From contig JAXLNO010000114.1 of assembly GCA_038087875.1 (NCBI GenBank), positions 1 through 64,000 on the forward strand: a DNA stretch of 64,000 nucleotides. The letters run 5' to 3'. Every line of letters starts with the position of its first letter. Position 1 is the first letter of the stretch. This document shows, one piece after another, positions 24,754 to 35,290 of the stretch. Source of the stretch: Malacoraja senta. Taxonomy: Eukaryota. The notes under the pieces were generated by a model, which did not search any database, had not been told where the DNA came from, and worked only from the letters and a program-made list of their open reading frames with translations. The position numbers were made by a program, and so were the translations under genes.

Positions 24754-26530
24754 GCCTCGCATTTTTTTTTAAAGATTGTGTTCACAAAATGAATTTTGGT
24801 TGTCAGGTGGCTGCTTGCTGCTCAATTGTTTGCCACGCCTTTTGTTAACAAAAGTTTCTGTACACAAAATGAATTTTGGTTGTCAGATGGCTGCTTGCTG
24901 CCCAATTGTTTGCCTTACCTTTCAAAAAACATTTTAAAAAAAAGGGTTTGTGTTCACAAAATGAATTTTGGTTGTCAGGTGGCTGCTTGCTACCCAATTG
25001 TTTGCCTCGCCTTTTTTTAAATAAAAAATTTTGGGTTCACAAAATGAATTTTGGTTGTCAGGTGGCTGCTTGCTGCCCAATTGCTTGCCACGCCTTTTAT
25101 TTTTAAAGTTTGTGTGCACAAAATGAATTTTGGTTGCCAGGTGGCTACTTGCTTCCCAATTGTTTGCCTCGCCTTTTTTTTTTAAGTTTGTGTTCACAAA
25201 ATGAATTTTGGTTGTCAGGTGGCTGTTTGCTGCCCAATTGTTTGCCTCGCCTTTTGTTAACAAAAGTTACTATTCAGAAAATGAATTTTGGTTGTCAGGT
25301 GGCTGCTTGCTGCCCAATTGTTCGCCTCGCCTTTAAAAAAAAAGATTGTGTTCACAAAATGAATTTTGGTTGTCAGGTGGCTGCTTGCTGCTCAATTGTT
25401 TGCCTCGCCTTATTTAAAAAAAAATTGTGTTCACAAAATGAATTTTGCTTGTCAGGTGACTGCTTGCTACTCAATTGTTTGCCTCGCCTTTTTTTTAATA
25501 AAAAGGTTTGTGTTCACAAAATGAATCTTGGTTGTCAGGTGGCTGCTTGCTGCCCATTTGTTTGCCTCGCCTTTTTTTTTTAACGTTTCTGTTCACAAAA
25601 TGAATTTTGGTTGTCAGGTGGCTGCTTGCTGCCCAATTGCTTGCCTCGCCTTTTATTTTTTAAAGTTTGTGTACACAAAATGAATTTTGGTTGCCAGGTG
25701 GCTGCTTGCTGCCCAATTGTTTGCCTCGCCTTTTTTTAAAGTTTGTGTTCACAAAATGAATTTTGGTTGTCAGGTGGCTGTTTGCTGCCCAATTGTTTCC
25801 TCGCCTTTTTTTTTAAAGTTTGTGTTCACAAAATGAATTTTGATTGTCGGGTGGCTGCTTGCTGCCCAATTGTTTGCCTCGCCTTTAAAAAAAATAAAGT
25901 TTGCGTTCACAAAATGAATTATAGTTGCCAGGTGGCTGCTTGCTGCCCAATTGTTTGTCTCGCATTTAAAAAAAAAAAATATTGTGTTCACAAAATGAAT
26001 TTTGGTTGTCAGGTGGCTGTTGCTGCACAATTGTTTGCCTCGCCTTTTGTTAAAACACGTTTCTGTTCACAAAATGAATTTTGGTTGTCAGGTGGCTGCT
26101 TGCTGCCCAATTGTTTGCCTCGCCTTTTGTTAACAAAACTTTCTGTTCACAAAATGAATTTTGGTTGTCAGGTTTTCAAAAGCTTGCTGCCCAATTGTTT
26201 ACCTCGCCTTTAAAAGAAAAAAAAAAGTTTGTGTTCACAAAATTAAGTTTGGTTGTCAGGTGGCTGCTTGCTGCACAATTGTTTGCCTCGCCTTTTTTAT
26301 AAAAAGTTTGTGTCCACAAAATGAATTTTGGTTGTCAGGTGGCTGCTTGCTGCCCAAATGTTTGCCTCGCCTTTTTTTTTTTAAGTTTGTGTTCACAAAA
26401 TGAATTTTGTTTGTCAGGTGGCTGCTTGCTACCCAATTGTTTGCCTCGCCTTTTATAGAAGAAGGTTTGTGTTCACAAAATGAATTTTGGTTGTCAGGTG
26501 CCTGCTTGCTGCCCAATTGTTTGCCTTGGC
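24754..26530 (+). repeat. ~80-bp tandem array, right part (~22 units)
   Basis: Same unit as 10497-11003; resumes exactly at the L1-A TSD. Confidence 0.95.
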
Positions 26531-26773
26531 TTGGCTTTTAAAATCGTTGCAACAGTTGGCTGCCAGCCCAAGAATCCATTCGACCCACAATGTCTATACT
26601 AGCCCTCTGGAAACCAGTACCTTCAGCCCGCAACACCCATACTAGTGCAACAGAAAGCCCCCACCCCCCCCCCACTGGCGAGCAATATTGGAATTGGTGG
26701 AGAGGTGGAATATTGCATTATTGACCAGCCCTCACTTGTGATGCTGGGACCCAACGGGTCCCACTTTGTCTGG

Positions 26774-29700
26774 TATATTATAAATCCAGAAATCAGCATT
26801 CCAAACTTGTTAAATCTTACAACTCAATTTGGTTTATTTTTGGGATATAGAATTAATTGGAATAAAAGTGAGATTATGCCAATAACGGAACCTAATTTAT
26901 ACATATTGCAACAATCACCTTTTAAAATAGACAATGAAAAATTTAAATACCGTGGAATTTATGTGACCAATAAATATACTTCTTTATTTAAATCAAATTT
27001 CCCGCCTTTAATTAATAAACTGCATAAGAATATTCAATACTGGAAAACACTTCCCATCTCAATGCTACGTAGAATGAATGCTATAAAAATGATTTTCCTT
27101 CTGCAATTACTATACCTTTTTCAATCAATTCCGATATATCTCCCAAAAAAAATCTTTTAAAAAGTTGATTCTATTGTCACAAGTTTTATTTGGGATTATA
27201 AGAATCATAGAATAAGCAAAAAACACTTATGTAAACCCAAGACGAAAGGAGGATTAGTTTAACCAAATTTTTTATTCTACTTTTGGGCAGTCAATGTCAA
27301 AAATATGAATTTTAGGTTGAAAGATATGGATCAACAACCAGATTGGTTAAAGATGGAAAAGGAAAATTGTCTGCCTTTTGAAATTGGTCCGATTCTGTTA
27401 GCTCCCACAAAATTGAATAAAAAAATCTATAGTGAAAATCCTATAATTATACAGTGGTATTCGAATTTGGAAACAACTACAAAAGACATAAAAATTGGAT
27501 AATTTATCACTTTCTCTTCCCATTGCAAATAATCCTTCATTTAAACCTTCAGTGTTGGATAAAGGTTTTGTACAATGGAAAAATTATGGAATTAAAAAGA
27601 TGGGACATCTTTATAGAAAAGGTATTTTTCTTTCGTTTCAGGAATTACAACAGAATTATGGATTACACTCAAATATTTTTTTTAGATATTTACAACTTAA
27701 AGATTATGTTAAATCACATACACAAGAATACAGAACTAGAGAGCCAGAGATTCTAGATGAATGTTTGAACAAACACCCTAATACAGTCAAATTAATATCT
27801 TACATTTATAATACTCTTTTAGACAGTGAGATTCCATCGACAGAATTATATAGACTAGCATGGGAAAATGAATTAGCTCAACCTATAACGAAAGATATTT
27901 GGGATGAAAGTCTACAACATATATATCAATGTTCATTAAATGCCAGACATTCTTTAATACAATTTAAAGTACTACATAGACGGCATTATTCTAAAACAAA
28001 ATTAAATAGAATTTTTCCTAATATCTCTCCTGTCTGTGACTAATGTCAATACTCAGCTTTTAATTTAACCCATACTTTTGTAAATTGCATAAAAATAAAA
28101 AAATTCTGGATGGATTTAAAAAAAATTATTCCCGTAGTTGTCCGTAGGGTCGGGACCCAACCTAAATTAATAATATTGGGCATATCAGAACAATACCTAA
28201 AACTTACAACAAAGCAAAGAAATTTCCTTGATTATAGTATAATAATTGGGAAAAAATAATATTAAAATTTTGGAAAAACCCAGGAACCCCCACAATCAAA
28301 ATGTGGATTATGGAGATGTCGGAGACGTTACATTTGGAAAAAATTAGGTTTGTCTTAATTGACAAATCAGAATTATTTACTAGAATATGGTCTCCATTTA
28401 TACATTATTTGAAGGGGTAGATTTGGCCGGCGCGGAAGCCTGACTGAAACTTGAATCCAGGACTAGATAAATAGTTATGTTCTCTGACCTATGGACCTAT
28501 CTCCTAAGTTGTATTATGGACAGTTTATTCTATTTTTCTAATTTTCTTTTTTTCTCTTTATTTTTTCTGTGGTGAAATCATTGGACAAAGTCAGCATGGA
28601 TTTACGAAAGGTAAATCATGTCTGACGAATCTTATAGAATATTTTGAGGATGTAACTAGTAGAGTGGATTAGGGAGAACCAGTGGATGTGTTATATCTGG
28701 ACTTTCAGAAGGCTTTCGACAAGGTCCCACATAAGAGATTAGTATGCAAACTTAAAGCACATGGTATTGGGGGTTCAGTATTGATGTGGATAGACAACTG
28801 GCTGGCAAACAGGAAGCAGAGAGTAGGAGTAAACGGGTCCTTTTCAGAATGGCAGGCAGTGACTAGTGGGGTACCGCAAGGCTCAGTGCTGGGACCCCAA
28901 CTATTTACAATATATATTAATGATTTGGACGAGGGAATTGAATGCAACATCTCCAAGTTTGCGGATGACACAAAGCTGGGGGGCAGTGTTAGCTTTGAGG
29001 AGGATGCTAGGAGGCTTCAAGGTGACTTGGATAGGCTGGGTGAGAGGGCAAATGAATGGCAGATGCAGTATAATGTGGATAAATGTGAGGTTATCCACTT
29101 TGGGGGCAAAAACAAGAAAGTAGACTATTATCTAAATGGTGGCCGATTAGGAAAAGGGGAGATGTAACGAGACCTGGGTGTCATGGTACACCAGTCATTG
29201 AAAGTAGGCATGCAGGTGCAGCAGGCAGTGAAGAAAGCAAATGGTATGTTAGCATTTATAGCAAAAGGATTTGAGTATAGGAGCAGGGAGGTTCTACTGC
29301 AGTTGTACAGGGTCTTGGTGAGAGCACACCTGGAGTATTGCGTACAGTTTCGGTCTCCAAATCTGAGGAAAGACATTCTTGCCATACAGGGAGTACAGAG
29401 AAGGTTCACCAGACTGATTCCTGGGATGTCGGGACTTTCATATGAAGAAAGACTGGATAGACTCGGCTTGTACTCGCTAGAATTTAGAAGATTTGAGGGG
29501 GGATATTATAGAAACTTACAAAATTCTTAAGGGGTTGGACAGGCTAGATGCAGGAAGATTGTTCCCGATGTTGGGGAAGTCCAGGACAAGGGGTCACAGT
29601 TTAAGGATAAAGGGAAAATCCTTTAGGACCGAGATGAGAAAAACGTTTTCACACAGAGTGTTGAATCTCTGGAACTCTCTGCCACAGAAGGTAGTTGAGG

Positions 29701-30089
29701 CCAGTTCATTGGCTATATTTAAGAGGGAGTTAGATGTGGCCCTTGTGGCTAAAGGGATCAGGGGGTATGGAGAGAAGGCAGGTACGGGATACTGAGTTGG
29801 ATGATCAACCATGACCATATTGAATGGCAGTGCAGGCTCGAAGGGCCGAATGGCCTACTCCTGCACCTATTTTCTATGTTTCTATTTTTCTATCTATAAA
29901 TAAAAAATAAATAATTAAAGGCAATGATAATATGTAACTGATAAATGAGGACCCCAGCTACTTTGGTAGCTGGGTCCCTGGAATCCTGGATACTGATAAT
30001 ATGTAATCGTTAAATAAAGTTTGTATTGGTTTGGATTATGATATGCATATGCTTCTAATAAAAAATTAAAATATTAAAAAATAAAAAAA
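26774..30089 (+). mobile_element. L1 3' portion (ORF2 C-terminal half, 3'UTR, A-rich tail), probably element C; interrupted by a CR1
   Basis: YIINPEISIPNL...GYRINWNKSEIM...LIQFKVLHR. The 3'UTR resumes at ~29886; AATAAA and A-rich tail at 30057-30089. Confidence 0.85.
28570..29885 (+). mobile_element. CR1 LINE (family 1) 3' fragment
   Basis: RT ([16 protein letters not shown]) through the 3'UTR and (TTTCTATG)-type tail. Confidence 0.95.
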
Positions 30090-30092
30090 CAG

Positions 30093-30222
30093 TAGAATGG
30101 TACAGTATAGTTAGTCCCTGGTGAGTTAGGAGATTACAGTCCTAATGGCCTCTGGGAAGAAACTCCTTCTCAACCTCTCCGTTCTCACAGCATGGCAACG
30201 GAGGCGTTTGCCTGACCGTAGC
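30093..30222 (-). mobile_element. Probable Rex1/Babar-like LINE 3' fragment
   Basis: GGGAAGAAACTCCTTCTCAACCTCTCCGTTCTCACAGCATGGCAACGGAG resembles the Rex1 3' region at 47609-47651. Confidence 0.45.
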
Positions 30223-30954
30223 AGGACCCTTCTTCAGACTGCTTGGTGTGGGGGGTGGAGAAAGTTGGAAAGAAGAGGTGGGAGTGGTCACCTTGGATTT
30301 CCTTCCCTCTACAGCAGCCTGACCCACTGAGTTCCTCCACCTTAGAGGGAATGGACAGACGACGTTTTGAGTCAGGACCTTCTTCAGACTGAGAGGGTGG
30401 GGGGAGAGAAGCTGGAAAAGAGAGATGGACAAAGCCTGGCAAGTGATAGGTGGATACAAAATGCTGGAGTAACTCAGCGGGACAGGCAGCATCTCTAGAG
30501 AGAAGGAATGGGTGAAGTTTCAGGTTGAGACCCATCTTCAGAAGTGATAGTTGGATACACAAGAGACACAAGAAACTGCAGATGCTGGAATCTTGCATCG
30601 TGCACAATTTAGTTAGATGCACAGAATCTCTTGCCCAGAGGAGGGGAGGGGGTCGAAGACCAGAGGTCATGGGTACAAAGTGAAGGGGAAAAGATTTAAT
30701 AGGAATCTGAGGGGTAACTTTTCAACAGAGGGTGGTGGGTGTATGGAACGAGCTGACGGAGGAGGTAGTTAAGGCTGCGACTATCCCAGCGTTTAAGAAC
30801 CAGTTATAGATAGGTACATAGATAGCTCAAGTTTGGAGGGATATGGACCAAATGCAAGCAGGTGGGACTAGTGTAGCCACGACATGTTGGATGGCGTGGG
30901 CAAGTTGGGCCGAAGGTCCTATTTCCACACTGTATCACTCTATGACTCTAACAC

Positions 30955-31172
30955 GGAGTGCTGCAGTAACTCAACGGGTCAGGCAGCATCTCTGGAGAAC
31001 ATGGATAGGTGACGTTTCACAGAGTGCTGGAGTAACTCAGCGGGTCAGGCAGCATCTGTGGAGAACATGGATAGGTGACATTTCACAGAGTGCTGGAGTA
31101 ACTCTGCGGGTCAGGCAGCATCTGTGGGGAACATGGATAGGTGACATTTCGGGTCAGGACCCTTCTTCAGAC
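30955..31172 (-). repeat. 66-bp tandem repeat derived from the Penelope-type terminal repeat
   Basis: Three copies of GAGTGCTGGAGTAACTCAGCGGGTCAGGCAGCATCTGTGGAGAACATGGATAGGTGAC... Confidence 0.85.
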
Positions 31173-31579
31173 TGACACTATGTTAACAGATGAGGGGGTG
31201 ATCGGCAGATTAGTGAAGTAAGTGACAGAGGCGAGGGAAAATAAGGAGATAAAAGGATATGAGATAAGGAGAGAGGAATTTATATGTGCAGCTTTAAGGG
31301 ACATTGGTCAGGTAGCATTTGGAGTATTGCATACAGTTCTGGTCACTCCATTACAGGACTGATGTGGAGGCTTTGGGGAAGGTACAGAGATGGTTAACCA
31401 GAATGGTTTAAAAACAAGGAACTGCAGATGCTAGTTTACAAAAAAGGACACAAAATGCTGGAGTAACTCAGTGGCACAGGAAGCATCTCTGGAGAGAAGG
31501 ACTGGGTGACATTTCGGGTTGAGACTGAGGAGGGTCTCGATCAGAAACGTTACCCATTCCTTCCAGCATTTTGTGTTTA

Positions 31580-31882
31580 CCTAAGCGCCTATCCACGTAG
31601 CGGTGTGCCAGCGGGCTGGAGGAGAGGGCAAAGGCCTTGCCACAGAGCGGGCAGGTGAAGGTGTGCTGGCCGGTGTGGACTCGCCGGTGCTCCAGCAGGT
31701 GGTCAAGGCGGGTGAAGCCCTTACCACAGGACGGGCATGGGAAGTAACGCTCACCGCTGTGGGTATGCCGGTGCTGCCACAGGCTGGACATGCGGGTGAA
31801 ACCCTTGCCACACTCAGCGCACACAAACAGTCTCTCTCTGGTGTGTATCCGCTGGTGCTCCCGCAGCCCCCATGCTCTTTTG
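31580..31882 (-). pseudogene. Out-of-frame additional C2H2 fingers downstream of the ZNF stop
   Basis: ORF 31468-32046 frame: CAECGKGFTRMSSLWQHRHTH, CPSCGKGFTRLDHLLEHRRVH, CPLCGKAF... Confidence 0.8.
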
Positions 31883-32902
31883 TCACAGTGGGAGCAGCTG
31901 CTCGCCGGCGTGGGCCCGCCGGTGCTGGCGCAATCCCCGCGAACTGTCAAACGCCTCACCACAGTACGGGCAGTCGTAGGGCTGGCCACTGATGTGCACG
32001 TGATGGTGAGACAGGGCTTGCGAGGCCATGACAAAGCGCTCTCCACACACCGGGCTGGGGAGGGGACGGTCGCCGGCGTGCACCCGCTGGTGGGACAGCA
32101 GCTGGTTGGAGCAGATGTATGGGCGCTTGCCGGTGTGGGTGCGCTGGTGCATCAGCAGGTGGCTGGATTGGGTGAAGCCCTTGCCACACTGGGCGCAGGT
32201 GTAGGGGCGCTCGCCGGTGTGGGTGCGCTGGTGCGTCAGCAGGCTGCTGGATTCGGTGAAGCCCTTGCCGCACTGGGCACAGGTGTAAGGACGCTCGCCA
32301 GTGTGGGTGCGCTGGTGCTTCAGCAGGTTGCTGGATTGGGTGAAGCCCTTGCCGCACTGGGCACAGGTGTAGGGGCGCTCACCGGTGTGGGTGCGCCGGT
32401 GCTCCAGCAGGCTGCTGGACTGGGTGAAGCCCTTGCCGCATTGGGCACAGGTGTAGGGGCGCTCGCCAGTGTGCGTGCGCTGGTGCTTTAGCAGGCTGCT
32501 GGAGCGGGTGAAGCCCATGCCGCAGTCGCTGCAGGTGAAGGGCCGCTCCCCGGTATGCAGCCGCCTGTGCACCTTCAGGTCCTTGGACGACTTGAAGCCT
32601 TTGCCGCAGTCGGAGCAGGTGAAGGGCCGCTCATTGCTGTGCACCCGCTGGTGCTCCCGCATCCCCGACAACTGGGGAAAATTCTTGCCGCATGTGAAGC
32701 AGCCATAGGGCTTCTCGCCCGTGTGAACCCGCCGGTGGGCCTCTAGGACATTTGCCGTCTTGAAACTCTTGTCGCACTCTGAGCAGTTGAAGGGACGTTC
32801 TCCCGTGTGCACCCGCCGGTGGGTCTCCAGCTGGCTTGGGCACTGCCAGGCCTTGCCACACATGTCGCACTCATAACGCTTCAACTTGTTGTGCCCCGTC
32901 AT
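31883..32902 (-). CDS. Tandem C2H2 zinc-finger protein (339 aa; ~10 intact and 2 degenerate fingers; no N-terminal effector domain)
   Basis: Repeated CxxC-x12-HxxxH with TGERPY/TGEKPY linkers, ATG start, upstream acceptor TTCCCCTCCTGCAG| (exon start 33033). Confidence 0.85.
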   Translation of the reverse strand: MTGHNKLKRYECDMCGKAWQCPSQLETHRRVHTGERPFNCSECDKSFKTANVLEAHRRVHTGEKPYGCFTCGKNFPQLSGMREHQRVHSNERPFTCSDCGKGFKSSKDLKVHRRLHTGERPFTCSDCGMGFTRSSSLLKHQRTHTGERPYTCAQCGKGFTQSSSLLEHRRTHTGERPYTCAQCGKGFTQSSNLLKHQRTHTGERPYTCAQCGKGFTESSSLLTHQRTHTGERPYTCAQCGKGFTQSSHLLMHQRTHTGKRPYICSNQLLSHQRVHAGDRPLPSPVCGERFVMASQALSHHHVHISGQPYDCPYCGEAFDSSRGLRQHRRAHAGEQLLPL

Positions 32903-33131
32903 CGAAACTCAGCCCCTCGAAGCTCAGCCCGCACACCGAGCCGGGGGGGGGGGGGGGGCTCACCTGCACCCTGGCCGCCCTCAATAGCCGCTCACGTCCC
33001 TGTCTCTCCGTCCACAGCAAAGGCTCCTAAACCCTGCAGGAGGGGAACACAGAGGGTCAACAAGCTGGCAAATAGGAAATTACTGGCACATATTGAGTGT
33101 TTATGGCGGAGGAAACCGTTATATAATTCTG

Positions 33132-33445
33132 CGCGGCACACTGGCGCACCGGTACATTTGCTGCCTCACCGCCAGAGATCCGGGGTCGATCCTGACTACG
33201 GGTGCTGCCTGTGCGGAGATTGTATGCTCTCGCCTTGACCTGCGTGGATTTTTGCTCCGTGAGTTCCGGTTTCCTCCAACATATCAAAGACATTCAGGGT
33301 TGTAGATTAATCGGCCTCCGCAAAATTGTTAAATTGTCCCTAATGTGCGTAGGATGGTGTTAGTGTACGGGGGAAATCGCTGGTCGGCACGGTCTCCGTG
33401 GGCCAAAAGACCTGTTGTTTCCAAGCTGCATCTCTAAACTAAACC
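33132..33445 (+). mobile_element. tRNA-derived V-SINE (HE1-like)
   Basis: A-box-like TGGCGCACCGG, B-box-like GGTCGATCC, V-core TCCGGTTTCCTCC...CAAAGAC, LINE-like tail ending CTAAACTAAAC. Confidence 0.8.
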
Positions 33446-33624
33446 AAAGGGTGTCGACCCAAAACGCCACCCATTCCTTCTCTCCACAGATGCTGCCTGA
33501 CCCGCTGTGTTACTCCAGCACTTTGTCATAGAGTCATAGAGTGATACAGCGTTGGAAAGAGGCCCTTCGGCCCTACTCGTACCCGCACTTCTAGATCCCT
33601 CGGCTCCACACATTCCGCAAGGCT

Positions 33625-34200
33625 CAGAGTTGTACAGAGTCCAAGTGAGACCACACCTGGAGTATTGTGTGTGGTATTGGTCCCTTAATTTGAGGAAGGA
33701 CATTCTTGCTATTGAGGGAGAGCAGCTTAGGTTTACAACGTTAATTCCCGGGATGGCGGGACTGTCATATGCTGAGAGAATGGAGTGGCTGGGCTTGTAT
33801 TCTGGAGTTTAGAAGGATGAGGGGATCTTATTGAAACATATAAGATTGTTAAGGGTTTTAACATGCTCGAGGCAGGAAATATGTTCCCGATGTTGGGGGA
33901 GTCCAGAACCAGGGGCCACAGTTTAAGAATAAGGGGTAAGCCATTTAGAACGGAGACGAGGAAACACTTTTTCTCACAGAGAGTTGTGAGTGTGGAATTC
34001 TCTGCATCAGAGGGCGGTGGAGGCCGGTTCTCTGGATACATTCAAGGGAGAGCTAGATAGGGCTCTCAAAGATCGCGGAGTCAAGGGATATGGGGAGAAG
34101 GCAGGAATGGGGTACTGATTCGGGATGATCAGCCATGTTCACATTGAATGGCAGTGCTGGCTCAAAGGGGCGAATGGCCTCCTCCTGCACCTATTGTCTA
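33625..34200 (+). mobile_element. CR1 LINE 3' fragment
   Basis: VRPHLEYCV...RGHSLRIRG followed by the CR1 3'UTR. Confidence 0.9.
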
Positions 34201-34775
34201 TTCCCCCAGCGCCCCGCCATTCACAGTGAAGATCCTGCCCTGGTTTGACTTCCTAAACTGCAACAACCTCCCCACCCCCAAACAATGTGACCTCCTCCGT
34301 GGCTCCCTGCCCCTTACCCCTGCCGCCTCCTGCTCCTTACCCCTCTTTGCTCCCTCCCCATTCCTCCACACCCCAAACAGTGTGAACCCCCACCAGGCTC
34401 CCTACCCCCTTCCTTGACTCACTTGACCTCTCTCTCCCCCCCCCCCAGTTCCCTGCCCCCCCATTCATCCCCCTCGGCACCAAACCCACTCCCCCTTGAA
34501 TCCCTCCCCCCCTCCCTTTGCTCCCTGCTTCCCCCCGCTACTCACTTCACCCCTTTTCCAACCCCCAGCCTCTCACCCCCTCCCACCCCCCCCGGACTGT
34601 CTCCTCTCTCTGAACCTCTCCCCTTATTCCTGCCCCTCTCAGCCCCCACCGCTCAGATCTCTCTCTCTCCCTCTCCCCTTCCCCCTCTCTCTCAGCCACT
34701 CCCTTCTCTCTCCACCCCTCTCTCTCTCTGCCCTTCTGTCTCTCTCTCTCTCTCTCTCTTCTCTTTCTCTCTCTC
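34200..34775 (+). repeat. C/CT-rich low-complexity tract ending in (CT)n
   Basis: Direct reading. Confidence 0.8.
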
Positions 34776-34777
34776 AC

Positions 34778-35290
34778 CGTCCAGTGCGGGTCGGCTCCAT
34801 CTTGTCCGTGGCGTCATTTCCGGGCTGAGGCCGCCCCGCTGCTCGATCTCGCAGCCTGCGGGGCAACCGGCCGGGGCAGCGACGTCATTTCCGGTCTGAT
34901 GCCCCTCTCTCCCCCCGCGTTGCGCGGTCTCTGTCTCCGGGGCAACGGGCAGCGGGCGGGCGGGATGAGCCGTGAGTATCCGGGCCGGGCCGGGCGCGGT
35001 GAGTGAGAGGCTCCGGTGGATCAGGGCGGGGCGGGCGGGGGGATTCGGTGCGGGCGGGGAGGGGGGGGGGCGGGGTCCAGGCCGCGGCCTCGCACCCGGG
35101 AGACAGTGACTGGGCCTGGGGTTGGTGGAGCCCGGGGAGCCGGGCCTGGGGCCTGGGGTCGGGCCTGCGCCGGGTCCCGCCGCCGCAACACGACCATCAA
35201 TCTCGGGTGGGGCTGATGGGTGGGCGCCGTGCGGCCGGGGTGGTGGAGGAGTAATGTCGCTGCTGAGGGGAGCGGGGAGTCTGGACACAG
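34778..35290. promoter_or_regulatory. CpG island, probable bidirectional promoter and first exon of the ZNF gene
   Basis: High CpG density. Two CCGGAAATGACG(T/C)C ETS-CRE-like motifs on the minus strand (34810-34823, 34881-34894) and GC boxes. Minus-strand donor ACG|GTGAGA at 34777; plus-strand GTGAGT donors at 34972 and 34999. Confidence 0.7.

Larger units (their letters stand above)
6953..26773 (+). mobile_element. Non-autonomous Helitron (copy 2) expanded by nested insertions
   Basis: 5' A|TCTATATTACTAAAAG at 6953; 6953-7300 is homologous to 49319-49720. 3' hairpin GGGACCC-AAC-GGGTCCC (26746-26762) then CTGG|T (26770-26773). The two ends may come from two copies joined by deletion. Confidence 0.7.
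30222..33068 (-). repeat. Left arm of an inverted segmental duplication (partner 55969-58666)
   Basis: The ZNF exon, splice acceptor, 3' unique sequence and short-repeat cluster match the partner as reverse complements. Confidence 0.9.

Noticed and set aside
24754..26530. CRISPR-like array (conserved ~62-bp core with variable spacers)
   Set aside because: The spacers are short, related A/T homopolymer variants rather than unique sequences. There are no cas genes, and the context is a eukaryotic Helitron-internal minisatellite.
31603..32746. Plus-strand ORFs overlapping the ZNF (and minus-strand ORFs at 56256-57225)
   Set aside because: Antisense shadows of GC-rich zinc-finger codons.
33132..33210. 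tRNA gene
   Set aside because: Degenerate tRNA-derived SINE head continuing into a V-core and LINE-like tail.
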